The notes under the pieces are model-generated. The model had not been told where the DNA came from. It saw only the letters and a list, made by a program, of their open reading frames with translations, and searched no databases. Both the position numbers and the translations under genes were made by a program. This document shows, one piece after another, positions 38,451 through 48,349 of a stretch of 64,000 bases of DNA; the first letter of the stretch is position 1, and each line of letters starts with the position of its first letter. Origin of the DNA: Fibrobacteria bacterium (GTDB lineage Bacteria; Fibrobacterota; Fibrobacteria; UBA11236); the NCBI GenBank assembly GCA_043745805.1, contig JAYTSD010000020.1:96001-160000 (forward strand), read 5' to 3'.

Positions 38451-39827
38451 TTATGCTGGAAAGTTCGGTTTCGAAATCGTCACCTCCCAATGACCCTCTT
38501 TTCTTCCTCCTGCGCGACGGAGAAAACCATCGTGTTGTAATTTCTGAATATTTCTTTGTATGGATCGCTCCGTAACAGATATTTTTAAAGCCAACTCTGG
38601 TATGGTTATATCAGGATTCTCTAAACAGGCACTCAGAATTTTAGATGACGTTATCCCGACGCTTTCCCGACGCTTTCCCGACGTTATCCCGACATTGTCA
38701 GCAACCTCGTTCAAAATAGGGTGAGCAAAGAGAGTCATAGTAACACCGCCGTTAATCTCGGAGAATTCTGGTTCTGGTAAGCCGGCTTCTTTACAGGAAT
38801 TGATAATTTTCAATGTTCCGCGTCCCCAAGTATCAATATATCCCCCTAAAAAGCAGGCATTGGCCAATATGGGATTGCGGGGGCGTGAATTATGTTCTTT
38901 TTTTAGATCTTCAAGGCTCAAACCGTTGGGAAGAGTGCCTTCATTCCAAATGGAAAGTTTGTCGTCATATACGCGCATCTGAATGGTCGCGCCCATATTG
39001 TAAGTACGATGAACCAGTGCATTCAAAAGTATTTCTCTTAGTGCTGCAATGGGATATAGGTCATTTTCCAATCGTTGAAAGCCTTTAAAAGTTACTGGGC
39101 GTGTCAGGAATTTATAATTAAGCTGAACCTGAACTTCATGGAGCATCTGAACCAAATTACCTTCTACAATTTCTTGAAACCGCAAGTCTGCCGCATCTAT
39201 GCCAAAGCGGCCAATTTTTATCTGTACATTGGGATAAAATTGCAGTGGATTTTTACCGAACAAGATAATGGCAGCTTTTTTAAGTTTTTTTCCATTTGTC
39301 AGATTCAGTTTTTCCAGAATCTGAAAGGTGTTTAATCCTTTTGTTTCGGGTAGCCGTCCTTTATCTTTACTGTCTTCAATGAATTTGGTAATACTTTTTT
39401 CATCGATGTCTTTTACCGTTGCACCATCTTCAATCATATCATCCCAAGTTTTTCCCGCTTTTTTAATGAGAAATTCATTAAGCTCCACACCGGTAAGTTC
39501 TAATTTGGTGCTGCCAGATCGATAATAAAATCTGCCTCGCAAAGAAACCGGTACGGAATAGGGATTCACTTTTATGGAAATAAATTTTTTGTCATTTTTT
39601 CCGTGGAGCTGTACGTCGCAAATGATCCCCATAGCATTGCGGATTTTATTGGGTAGGTCTTCCATCAGTTTAGCGTAATCGAGCAATCCAATTACTTTCC
39701 CATTATCATCCTTACCAACATAAATCATTCCGCCGATGGCATTGGCAAAGCCGCAAATCCATTTAAGGTAGTCGTCCTGCCAAGAAGATTTGAATTCAGT
39801 GTTTTGGGATTCGGGCATTTTTTTCAT
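38451..39827 (-). CDS. AlbA_2 (Schlafen-like) + HATPase_c_4 + C-terminal winged HTH protein
   Basis: N-terminal ESQNTEFK, ICGFANAIGG; central ALREILLNALVHRTY, SRPRNPILA, WGRGT; C-terminal ITIPELA...RKEGHW. Confidence 0.88.
   Translation of the reverse strand: MKKMPESQNTEFKSSWQDDYLKWICGFANAIGGMIYVGKDDNGKVIGLLDYAKLMEDLPNKIRNAMGIICDVQLHGKNDKKFISIKVNPYSVPVSLRGRFYYRSGSTKLELTGVELNEFLIKKAGKTWDDMIEDGATVKDIDEKSITKFIEDSKDKGRLPETKGLNTFQILEKLNLTNGKKLKKAAIILFGKNPLQFYPNVQIKIGRFGIDAADLRFQEIVEGNLVQMLHEVQVQLNYKFLTRPVTFKGFQRLENDLYPIAALREILLNALVHRTYNMGATIQMRVYDDKLSIWNEGTLPNGLSLEDLKKEHNSRPRNPILANACFLGGYIDTWGRGTLKIINSCKEAGLPEPEFSEINGGVTMTLFAHPILNEVADNVGITSGKRRESVGITSSKILSACLENPDITIPELALKISVTERSIQRNIQKLQHDGFLRRAGGRKEGHWEVTISKPNFPA
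38647..38693. repeat. Tandem 11-bp repeat (4 units) in the linker before the HTH domain
   Basis: GACGTTATCCC GACGCTTTCCC GACGCTTTCCC GACGTTATCCC GAC. Confidence 0.85.
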
Positions 39828-39939
39828 TATTTATAAAATTTATCTTCATTCCATTTTGCGAGACTACTGATAAAATGTAATTTGAAATCCCATTCCCTAG
39901 GTGTGCAGTATCCCCCGTCTTTGCTACTTTGTTCCCCGT

Positions 39940-40608
39940 ATGAAAAGTAAATTGCTACGAATCGGTGCCTTAATTTTGGCGGTAATTGCCCTCAATTACT
40001 TTTTGCCTTTGCGCGTCATTTTGCTGAATAGTATTGATTGGTTTCATCAAGCCGGGTTTATTGGGGTTTTGGTTTTTGCTTTGGTGTTTATTTCTGCCTC
40101 GCTATTCTTTATGCCGGTAGGCCCATTAATGTTGGTGGCGGGAATCGTTTATGGAGTTATCAATGGCTACATACTGGTGGCAATTTCTTCTTTAATCGCT
40201 ATTAGCTTGGCCTATTTTATCGGGAAAAAATTCCTGCAAGCAAGAGTGGAGCGTTATCGTTTAGCTTATCCGCGCTTTGAACAATTCCATCGTGCGGTGT
40301 CGCATAAAGGCCCTTTGCTGGTTTTTCTCATTCGCTTAAATCCTTTTTTCCCTTTTTCATTACTTAATTATCTCTTTACAATACCGCATTTAAATTTTTT
40401 CAGTTATCTCCTCAGCTCTTGTTTGGGAATGGCTCCGGATATTTTATTGTATCTCTATGTGGGACGTCTCGGTGCCGATGTATTACAGGGCCATGCGCAT
40501 TTTAGCGGATGGAATATTCTCTTTATAGTGGTGGCGCTTATCGCTACCGGAGTAGCCGCTTATATCATTAATAATTTGGTAAAAAAAGCGGCCCAAGAAC
40601 CCGCATAA
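39940..40608 (+). CDS. TVP38/TMEM64 (VTT/DedA) family membrane protein
   Basis: Motifs AGIVYG, LIRLNPFFPFSLLNY, GMAP. Confidence 0.88.
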   Translation: MKSKLLRIGALILAVIALNYFLPLRVILLNSIDWFHQAGFIGVLVFALVFISASLFFMPVGPLMLVAGIVYGVINGYILVAISSLIAISLAYFIGKKFLQARVERYRLAYPRFEQFHRAVSHKGPLLVFLIRLNPFFPFSLLNYLFTIPHLNFFSYLLSSCLGMAPDILLYLYVGRLGADVLQGHAHFSGWNILFIVVALIATGVAAYIINNLVKKAAQEPA

Positions 40609-40725
40609 TTAAACCCAATCAACTCACTTTTTCCTAAAAAAATCTTACTTTTCCGCCATCTTTTCGCATTGGCATCGGTATATTAAAAGGCATGCCACAC
40701 AGGCAACTCTTATGAGGTTCATATT

Positions 40726-42108
40726 ATTTCAAAATTAATTTCGACTAGTAAACAAAGGGGATATTCACTCAGTCTCTTTGTTATAGTTGCGCTTCTCTCT
40801 CTAGCATTAATGAGTTGTGCCGATAAGCATAGAGAAAATGAAATCAAAATCCTTTGGGCAAAATGGCCACCGGCTGATTATTTGTCTGAAATTGCGATGC
40901 AATTTACCCAACAAACCGGCTTTGCCGTTAAGGTGGTGCAAAAATCGTGGGACGGTGCTTTTGGTGACGCTACTTTTTCGGAATTCCGCAATCGCGCCGA
41001 CAATTACGATATCATTATTGGCGATAGTCAGTGGTTAGGATTAGGCGTTGTGGGCAAACATTATTTGGATCTTACCGATTGGTTACCGTCTAATGTAAAG
41101 ATGGATTCTATTGAGCCCGCAGCGTGGAAATGGTATAGTGAATATCCCAAAGGCAGTAAACGTTATTTTGCCGTGCCTTGCGAAGCCGATGCTTTAGCTT
41201 GGGCTTATCGTAAAGATTTATTTGAAAGTCCAGATCATCAAGCGGCGTTTAAAAGTTTCCTGAGTGAAAATAAAATTGCTGATTTTCCTTTAGCTCCACC
41301 GCAAACATGGGAGCAGCTTTATTGGATAGCAGCTTATTTCAAAAAAAATATTCCCGGCATGTCGGGTGTAGTAATGGTTACCTCCCGCAATTATGATATG
41401 GCGACTATGAGTTTTGAACAAGTGCTCTGGTCTTTTGGGGGTGAGTTTGGGAATTATGAAAACAATAAAGTCATGATTCAATCACCAGAATCTGTTAAAG
41501 CTTTATCTTTCTTCCGCAAATTAATGGAGACCACTTCCGATGGTGGAAAAAATATGAGTTATAGTGAAGTGGCTGCCGAATTTATTGCTGGCCGAGCCGC
41601 CATGGCTTGTGACTTCTTAGCCTTTTTTCCTGCGCTGGCAACGCCGCGTGAAAATCCTGATTATTATAATAAAACCGGATTTTTTAATGCGCCAGGACAT
41701 ACGGATGATAAAGGCATTTATCGTCGCGTAGTTTCTTTAGGCGGGCAAGGTATGAGTATTAATGCGCATATTAGTCCCGAAAGACAAGCGCGTGCGAAAG
41801 CTTTTTTAAAATGGTTTTCCCTTTCAGAAACGCAAAAAACTTGGGCGGAAAAAGGCGGTTATACTTCGGATAAAACAGTTTTAGCGAGTCCCACATTTTT
41901 AAAAGCAGCGCCATACAATCCCTTATTCGCCGACGCCTTTACCTCCATGAAAGATTTTTGGTCGGTACCGGAATTTGATGAATTGCTCAAAGTATGTCAA
42001 AGAGAATTTTGTTCAGTATTTCAAGATAATGCCGATCCAGTGCAGGCCATTGCCGAAATTCAAAAAGAACATGAAGCGATTTTTAATAAAAGAGCGGGAC
42101 GGAAGTGA
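40726..42108 (+). CDS. Sugar ABC transporter substrate-binding lipoprotein
   Basis: Motifs YDIIIGDSQW, AYRKDLFE, PPQTWEQL, LGGQG. The ORF-track ATG 40810 lies inside the lipobox (LMSC); the signal peptide extends in frame to ATT 40723/40726, so the start is uncertain. Confidence 0.88.
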   Translation: MSKLISTSKQRGYSLSLFVIVALLSLALMSCADKHRENEIKILWAKWPPADYLSEIAMQFTQQTGFAVKVVQKSWDGAFGDATFSEFRNRADNYDIIIGDSQWLGLGVVGKHYLDLTDWLPSNVKMDSIEPAAWKWYSEYPKGSKRYFAVPCEADALAWAYRKDLFESPDHQAAFKSFLSENKIADFPLAPPQTWEQLYWIAAYFKKNIPGMSGVVMVTSRNYDMATMSFEQVLWSFGGEFGNYENNKVMIQSPESVKALSFFRKLMETTSDGGKNMSYSEVAAEFIAGRAAMACDFLAFFPALATPRENPDYYNKTGFFNAPGHTDDKGIYRRVVSLGGQGMSINAHISPERQARAKAFLKWFSLSETQKTWAEKGGYTSDKTVLASPTFLKAAPYNPLFADAFTSMKDFWSVPEFDELLKVCQREFCSVFQDNADPVQAIAEIQKEHEAIFNKRAGRK

Positions 42109-42995
42109 AAAATTCGGGTCGATTAATGTCGGATGCACGTGTACGTACCCTTTGTTTAGTACCGGCTTTAGGCTTACTCATTGTATTTAATATTTTCCCT
42201 TTACTCGCTTCGCTCAGTATTAGCTTCACCGATTTTAATCCGATTATCGATACGAGACCTCGTTGGGTGGGATTACAAAATTATTGGGATTTACTCAATA
42301 GTGCTCGTGATGAAGTGTGGATGAGTTTTTCGCGCACAGCCGCTTTGGTTATTGTAACGGTTGGGTTACAGACACTAATCGGTTTCTCCGTAGCTTTACT
42401 GTTACGTCGTTCTTTTCGTGGGCGCGGTTGGATTATGTCGGCCTTGCTTATTCCCATGATGCTATCTCCTGCTATTATGGGATCGTTTTGGCATTATATG
42501 TTTAATGCCGACTATGGAGTAATAAATTGGTTACTCGATACGCGTTGGAATTGGGATGGTTCACATTGGCGCTCCTTTGCGGCGGTAGTGATTGCGGAAG
42601 TGTGGATGTGGTCCCCTTTTATGATGCTCCTTTCACTCGGTGGATTAAACGGGATTTCGCCTGCGCTCTATGAAGCAGCGGAAGTGGATAGAGCGAGCCC
42701 TTGGTTTCAATTTCGACATATTACTTTGCCCTTGGCCATGCCTTTAGTTTTGCTGGGAATGATTTTTCGCGTGATGGATACCTTTCGCCTTTTCGATAGT
42801 GCGATGGTTTTAAATGGTAATCTCGAAGGACAACCGACCACATTTATTAGCGTACTCTTACATGCTCGTGGATTTGGGGGCAGCCGATCTTTAGGTGAAC
42901 CAACGGCTTTAGCTTATCTATTACTAATTGTGGCTTTAGCGATTGCTAATTTGGCAGTGCGTTATCTCGACTCTATTCGCGAAAAAAATACATGA
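42105..42995 (+). CDS. Sugar ABC transporter permease
   Basis: Motifs WVGLQNY, EAA loop LYEAAEVD, FRHITLP, DTFRLFD. Confidence 0.92.
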   Translation: MKNSGRLMSDARVRTLCLVPALGLLIVFNIFPLLASLSISFTDFNPIIDTRPRWVGLQNYWDLLNSARDEVWMSFSRTAALVIVTVGLQTLIGFSVALLLRRSFRGRGWIMSALLIPMMLSPAIMGSFWHYMFNADYGVINWLLDTRWNWDGSHWRSFAAVVIAEVWMWSPFMMLLSLGGLNGISPALYEAAEVDRASPWFQFRHITLPLAMPLVLLGMIFRVMDTFRLFDSAMVLNGNLEGQPTTFISVLLHARGFGGSRSLGEPTALAYLLLIVALAIANLAVRYLDSIREKNT

Positions 42996-43846
42996 AGCAC
43001 CAAACCAACCCATTGCGCATTTCCTTATTAATGCTTTATGCTTTCTTGGCCTTAGCGCCTATTATTTGGATGGTATTAACCAGTATCAAATTACCCGCAG
43101 ACACTGCGGCCTTACCACCGCGCATTTTCCCCGGCTTACAAGCGCCCGAAGATTCCTTTTGGTTTCGCTTCACTTGGATAAACTTTCAGCGCTTTTTCGC
43201 GGAAGGGGAAACTTTACAGTATTTGTTTAATTCTTTTTTTGTTTCCATTGTGAGCACTTTCACCTCGGTACTTTTTGGCACTTTGGCGGCTTATGGCTTT
43301 AGTCGTTTTCGTTTTCGCGGATCCAAGGATTGGCAATTTTTCATTTTGTCCACTCGCATGTTACCTCCTTTGGCGGTAGCGGTTCCCATTAGTTTTATGT
43401 ATAGCCGCATGGGTTTATACGACACGCGCTTTGGACTTATTTTGCTGTACACTTGTTTCAATCTTTCTTTTAGTACTTGGATGATGAAAGCTTTTTTAGA
43501 TGAAATCCCTTTGGCTTTTGAAGAGGCGGCTTTGTTAGATGGTTATTCCCGCTTTGCCATTTTACGCAAAATTATTATTCCACAAGCGAGTGCGGGAATT
43601 ACGGCTACGGCAGTATTCTGTTTGATTGCCTCTTGGAATGAATATGCTTTTGCTTTGACTTTAACCAGTACCCGTGCAGTTACTATGCCGGTACGTATTC
43701 ATGCCATTATTGGCGATACCAGCATTATCCCTTGGGGCCCCTTAGCTGCAGGGGCGGTATTATTTATGTGTCCCATGATTATCTTTGGTTTTTTCATGCG
43801 TAAACATTTATTACGGGGTATCACTTTTGGTACGGTTAAAGGTTGA
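42992..43846 (+). CDS. Sugar ABC transporter permease
   Basis: Motifs WMVLTSIK, EEAALLDG, SWNEY, LLRGITFG. Confidence 0.92.
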   Translation: MKHQTNPLRISLLMLYAFLALAPIIWMVLTSIKLPADTAALPPRIFPGLQAPEDSFWFRFTWINFQRFFAEGETLQYLFNSFFVSIVSTFTSVLFGTLAAYGFSRFRFRGSKDWQFFILSTRMLPPLAVAVPISFMYSRMGLYDTRFGLILLYTCFNLSFSTWMMKAFLDEIPLAFEEAALLDGYSRFAILRKIIIPQASAGITATAVFCLIASWNEYAFALTLTSTRAVTMPVRIHAIIGDTSIIPWGPLAAGAVLFMCPMIIFGFFMRKHLLRGITFGTVKG

Positions 43847-43848
43847 GC

Positions 43849-44004
43849 ATGAAAAGTAAATTAGAAAGACTCGCTTTAATGGCTATGGCCTTAGGACTTC
43901 TCATGGTGAGTCAACCTTGGATACATATTTTTTTCAGTTTGGGTTTTGTCGTTATTTTGCTGGGAATTATTTTATTTAATATTGCTGGAAGGCGTAAGGT
44001 TTAA
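43849..44004 (+). CDS. Small two-helix membrane protein (51 aa), not in the ORF track
   Basis: MKSKLERLALMAMALGLLMVSQPWIHIFFSLGFVVILLGIILFNIAGRRKV fills the gap between permease and ATPase with 2-3 nt spacers. Confidence 0.75.
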   Translation: MKSKLERLALMAMALGLLMVSQPWIHIFFSLGFVVILLGIILFNIAGRRKV

Positions 44005-44007
44005 AGC

Positions 44008-45129
44008 ATGAGCGATTGTCGTATTGCTTTGCAAAATGTTTCTAAGCGATTTGCTGCGGTAAATGCGGTTCAGAATTTGGATTTGGAAATTAATGCCGAA
44101 GAATTTGTGGTTTTGCTTGGGCCTAGCGGTTGTGGTAAAACCACTACTTTACGTATGATAGCCGGATTAGATTGGCCCACTGCAGGGCAAATATTAATTG
44201 ATGGCCAAGATAAAACTTTAGCTAAGCCGGGCGAGCGTGATATTGCCTTTGTATTCCAAAACTTTGCTTTGTATCCGCATTTAACCGTGGCTGAAAATAT
44301 TGCATTTCCTTTACGCGCACAAGGCCTCTCCGCCATGGAGCGCGATCTTCGTGTAGGCGACACATTGCGTAAATTTGGTTTAGCGTCCTATGCCAAATGG
44401 AAACCCAAACAGCTATCGAGTGGAGAGCAACAAAGAGTAAGCTTGGCGCGTGCGGTGGTACGAAATCCTAAAGCCTTTTTGATGGATGAGCCGCTTGGCA
44501 CCTTGGATGCCGAATTACGCGAACAAACGCGAGAACAATTACGCGCCTTGCATAATGAAATAAAAGCCACTACCGTTTTTGTGACGCATGATCAACAAGA
44601 AGCCATGAGTTTGGCGGATAGAATTGCCATTATGCAAAATGGCCGCTTATTACAATACGATACTCCCCGTAACGTGTATGCTAACCCTGCGCATTTATTT
44701 GTGGCGCATTTTATTGGATCGCCGGGGATGAATTTTATCGACGCGCGTCGACAAGGCGATATACTGCATTTACAAGATATGCCCATGCAAATTCATATTG
44801 CAGATGGACTTGCTTCTAAAAAATCAGTGGATCAAGGGCGTGAGGGTTTATTTCGTTTGGGCATTCGACCGGAACATATTTTGGTGAGTAGCTCGGAAGG
44901 CATGGCTTGCGTGGTTGAGCATACGGAAAGATTAGGCGCCTATAATTTAATGGAAGTTAAAGTGGCGAAGGGTTTTTTAAAAGCCCGTGTACCAGCCTAT
45001 CAATACTATGCAGACGGAGAAACGGTATATTTATCCTTTAATCCTTTTGGATGTCGTTGGTTTGATATTCAGAGCGAAAAAGCCTTGCCTTGGAAGTCAC
45101 TGGAGATTGTATGCCCAGCTATCAAGTAA
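44008..45129 (+). CDS. Sugar ABC transporter ATP-binding protein (MalK-like)
   Basis: Motifs GPSGCGKTT, FQNFALYPH, LSSGEQQR, MDEP, VTHDQ and a TOBE tail. Confidence 0.93.
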   Translation: MSDCRIALQNVSKRFAAVNAVQNLDLEINAEEFVVLLGPSGCGKTTTLRMIAGLDWPTAGQILIDGQDKTLAKPGERDIAFVFQNFALYPHLTVAENIAFPLRAQGLSAMERDLRVGDTLRKFGLASYAKWKPKQLSSGEQQRVSLARAVVRNPKAFLMDEPLGTLDAELREQTREQLRALHNEIKATTVFVTHDQQEAMSLADRIAIMQNGRLLQYDTPRNVYANPAHLFVAHFIGSPGMNFIDARRQGDILHLQDMPMQIHIADGLASKKSVDQGREGLFRLGIRPEHILVSSSEGMACVVEHTERLGAYNLMEVKVAKGFLKARVPAYQYYADGETVYLSFNPFGCRWFDIQSEKALPWKSLEIVCPAIK

Positions 45130-46127
45130 TAGGTTTAAGTAAAAGTTTTCCACGCTATGATGGCGGTGAAACTATAACCGCTTTGCAAGAAATTCATTTT
45201 ACCGCCAAGCCGGGTGAATTACTCGTGCTATTAGGTCCAACCGGAGCGGGCAAAACCACTTTATTACGCACCTTGGCAGGTTTGGAAAAACCTAATGCGG
45301 GACAAATTTTAGAAGATCAAAAAGATATTACCCAATATCCACCGCATCATCGTGATGTCGCCATGGTATTTCAAAACTTTTCTTTATACCCAAATTTTAC
45401 CGTGCATGAAAATTTGGCTTTTCCTTTGCGTGCGAAATGGCGAGCGATCGCCGAAACTCAAATCGTAACCGCCGTGCAGGAAATTGCAACGATGTTGGGT
45501 TTACAGGACAAATTACAACGCCATCCTCAAGAGTTGTCTGGCGGCGAACAGCAGCGCGTAGCCATTGGCCGGGCTTTAATTCGAAAACCCAAATTATTTT
45601 TACTCGATGAACCTTTAGCGCATCTCGACGCAAAATTGCGGGAACAGATGATCAGCGATATTCATCATTTGCAGAGAAAATTAGGCGTAACCATGCTATA
45701 TGTTACCCATGATCAAATTGAAGCCATGAGTCTTGCGGATAGAATTGTGGCCATGGATAATGGCAAAGTTTTGCAAATTGGAACGCCCGATGAAATTTAT
45801 CAAAAACCGCGATCGGCTCGTGTAGCACGGATGTTGGGAAGTCCTATGATCAATTTATTTTCTCGCGATGAAGCCACACGCATGGGTATTAATTCACAGG
45901 GCTTTGCGCAAATCGGTGTGCGTCCTGAGCATGTTTTAGTGAAGCCTAATTTGCAAGGTCAAGCGCGAGTGAAGGTTTATGAAAATTTAGGAGCCATGGC
46001 GATTCTATTACTTGAATGGCAAGGGCTTTCCATCCGCGTTTTAACGGAAAGCTATTTGACCTTGCATTACGGGGATACCGTCGATATTAGTGTCGATGGC
46101 GATAAAATTTTATATCTCGAAGTGTAA
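45111..46127 (+). CDS. Second sugar ABC transporter ATP-binding protein
   Basis: Motifs GPTGAGKTT, LSGGEQQR, LDEPL, VTHDQ. ATG 45111 preferred. Confidence 0.92.
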   Translation: MPSYQVIGLSKSFPRYDGGETITALQEIHFTAKPGELLVLLGPTGAGKTTLLRTLAGLEKPNAGQILEDQKDITQYPPHHRDVAMVFQNFSLYPNFTVHENLAFPLRAKWRAIAETQIVTAVQEIATMLGLQDKLQRHPQELSGGEQQRVAIGRALIRKPKLFLLDEPLAHLDAKLREQMISDIHHLQRKLGVTMLYVTHDQIEAMSLADRIVAMDNGKVLQIGTPDEIYQKPRSARVARMLGSPMINLFSRDEATRMGINSQGFAQIGVRPEHVLVKPNLQGQARVKVYENLGAMAILLLEWQGLSIRVLTESYLTLHYGDTVDISVDGDKILYLEV

Positions 46128-46191
46128 ATCTGAGAATTCTAATTCACAAAAAAGTATATTCGCTTAATCGTTAAGATTTTCTGGGGAATAA

Positions 46192-47364
46192 ATGCAATTC
46201 AATAAATTATTAATCCAAAGTTTTTGTGGCGTACTATTTTCTTTTGCGCTGGCTTTTGCTCATCCTTCTGGTGTATCCGTACTTGATATTCATATTGAAA
46301 AAGATTCTTTGCTTATGGGCGTTGTGGTTAAAGGTCCAGATGTTTTATATGCCTTAAATACCAATTCGACGCTATCTCGATCACCCGAAGAAATTATAGC
46401 CCTAAATGATCAAATCGCTGCGTATATGCAAAATCGCATTGCTTTGAAAATCGATAACAATCATCTTTCGGGAATGTCCGTGCGGAGTTGGACAAAGGAA
46501 AATAAGTCACCTACTAACCGTTTGGATAGTGCGCAATTAAATGATACTACTTATCAATTCGCATTAGTTTGGCCACTCCCTTTGAAGCATCAAAGATTAG
46601 AAATCAATGTGCGTATGTTTGCTGAATTTGAAATGCAAGTGGTATCGCAAGTATCCATATATTGGCAAAACCAAGTGGTGCAACGTAAGTGGTTAGGATT
46701 AGACGATAATTTATTAATAAATATTATGCCAGACTCTTTGCTTGCCCGATTAGCCACTGAAAAAAATCAAACGCCAACCGAAAAAAATACCGAGAGTAAA
46801 TCGGTTTTCTTACGCTTTGTTGGTTTAGGCTTCAAACATATTATTCCCTTGGGTATTGATCATATTTTGTTTGTACTCGGTTTATTTTTATTCTCGACCA
46901 AATTACGGCCCTTATTTATTCAAATCTCGGCTTTCACATTAGCGCATTCCATTACTTTGGCCTTAGCTATGTTAGGCTTGTTTTCTCTTCCTGCACGTAT
47001 CGTGGAACCGCTGATTGCTTTATCTATTGCGGTGGTAGCCATTGAGAATATATTCTTTCGCACTCTGCGACCTTGGCGTTGGATATTAGTTTTTTGTTTT
47101 GGACTCGTGCATGGGTTAGGTTTTGCTAGTGCGCTAAAAGATTTAGGTTTAGTCAAATCACAATTCCTTACCATTTTAGTAGGGTTTAATGTGGGAGTGG
47201 AAGTGGGGCAATTAACCGTAATTAGTGGCGCGACTTTGCTTACCATTTGGTTTTGGAAAAAGCGCTGGTATTTTAAGGGAATTGTTTTACCAGGTAGCAT
47301 AGGCATCGCCGCTATAGGGCTTTTCTGGGCGATTACTCGCGCTTTCGGTTTGAACTTCGGGTAA
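46192..47364 (+). CDS. HupE/UreJ family membrane protein with N-terminal exported domain
   Basis: Signal peptide ending AFAH; motifs GIDHILF, AFTLAHSITL, VEPLIALSI, FGLVHGLGFA, FNVGVEVGQ. Confidence 0.88.
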   Translation: MQFNKLLIQSFCGVLFSFALAFAHPSGVSVLDIHIEKDSLLMGVVVKGPDVLYALNTNSTLSRSPEEIIALNDQIAAYMQNRIALKIDNNHLSGMSVRSWTKENKSPTNRLDSAQLNDTTYQFALVWPLPLKHQRLEINVRMFAEFEMQVVSQVSIYWQNQVVQRKWLGLDDNLLINIMPDSLLARLATEKNQTPTEKNTESKSVFLRFVGLGFKHIIPLGIDHILFVLGLFLFSTKLRPLFIQISAFTLAHSITLALAMLGLFSLPARIVEPLIALSIAVVAIENIFFRTLRPWRWILVFCFGLVHGLGFASALKDLGLVKSQFLTILVGFNVGVEVGQLTVISGATLLTIWFWKKRWYFKGIVLPGSIGIAAIGLFWAITRAFGLNFG

Positions 47365-47387
47365 TTAAATTTTAATAATTAAAGTTT

Positions 47388-48344
47388 TTAAATAAGGCTT
47401 AAAACGAAAACCAAAAATATGCCGGTTACCCCATAAACCATGTGAATCATTCGCCTCACATCGAGTGATTCAACTTCTTCTTTATCTTGTGCATCACCCA
47501 ACCACAAAGTATTTACCAATTGGCCTTGTAACCAAATAGGTCCAGCTAATTTAATTTGCAAGGCAGCGGCCGCAGCCGTTTCACTCCAGCCTGCATTGGG
47601 TCCTGGCACTAAGGCGTGTTGCGCTAACCCAATACGCCAAGCCTTAGGTGCTGAGCAATTTCGCACACAAGCGGCATAAGCGGTAATTAATAACCAAGTC
47701 AAACGTGCAGGAATAAAATTCAGTACGTCATCGAAGCGCGCGCCAAAGCGGCCAAAATATAAATAGCGTTCATTTTTATAACCCACCATAGAGTCCATAG
47801 TGCTCACAATTTTAAAAAGTATCAATCCTGGCAAACCCAATAAGGCGAAATAAAAAAGCGGAGCAATCACTCCATCGGTTAAGTTTTCGCTGAGACTTTC
47901 AATGGCAGCGCGATTACAAGCGGCTAAATCCATTTTATCGGTATCTCTTCCCACTAGCATAGAAACAGCTTCGCGGGCTTTTTCCAAATTACCGCTGGTA
48001 GTAGCCTGCGCGATACGTAACCCATGCGTACACAAGTCTTTTAAGGAAAGTAGGCTATAGCCGATAAATAATTTCCAAGCATACGCCAGCGCAGGATGAA
48101 TCCAATTCAAAAAAAAGGAGAGGCCATAAATACCGCCAAATACCGAAAGGGTGAGAAATATAAAAAGTAAAATCCCGCCGACAATCCCAGTAAAACCTCG
48201 CAAGCGCAAATGCTTTTCCCAAAACAAAAGTAATTTTCCGATTATTCGAATAGGATGTCTAACATAAACGGGATCTCCAAAAATTAAATCTAGAACAATG
48301 CAAAGCAGAAAAAACCAAACGGATTCCGAAAAAAAAGTAAACAT
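47388..48344 (-). CDS. cbiB: Adenosylcobinamide-phosphate synthase (CbiB/CobD)
   Basis: Motifs GDP..HP, LVGRDT, ESLSENLTDGVIAPLFY, TMDSMVGYK, DDVLNFIPARL, PNAGWSE. Confidence 0.93.
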   Translation of the reverse strand: MFTFFSESVWFFLLCIVLDLIFGDPVYVRHPIRIIGKLLLFWEKHLRLRGFTGIVGGILLFIFLTLSVFGGIYGLSFFLNWIHPALAYAWKLFIGYSLLSLKDLCTHGLRIAQATTSGNLEKAREAVSMLVGRDTDKMDLAACNRAAIESLSENLTDGVIAPLFYFALLGLPGLILFKIVSTMDSMVGYKNERYLYFGRFGARFDDVLNFIPARLTWLLITAYAACVRNCSAPKAWRIGLAQHALVPGPNAGWSETAAAAALQIKLAGPIWLQGQLVNTLWLGDAQDKEEVESLDVRRMIHMVYGVTGIFLVFVLSLI

Positions 48345-48349
48345 TTAAA

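Noticed and set aside
37940-39900. Integron cassette array
   Set aside because: The genes are co-oriented, but no attC-like RYYYAAC...GTTRRRY palindromes or integrase were seen.
40668-40690. Sigma-54 promoter (TTGGCA) before the sugar ABC operon
   Set aside because: The -12 TGC element is missing at the required spacing.
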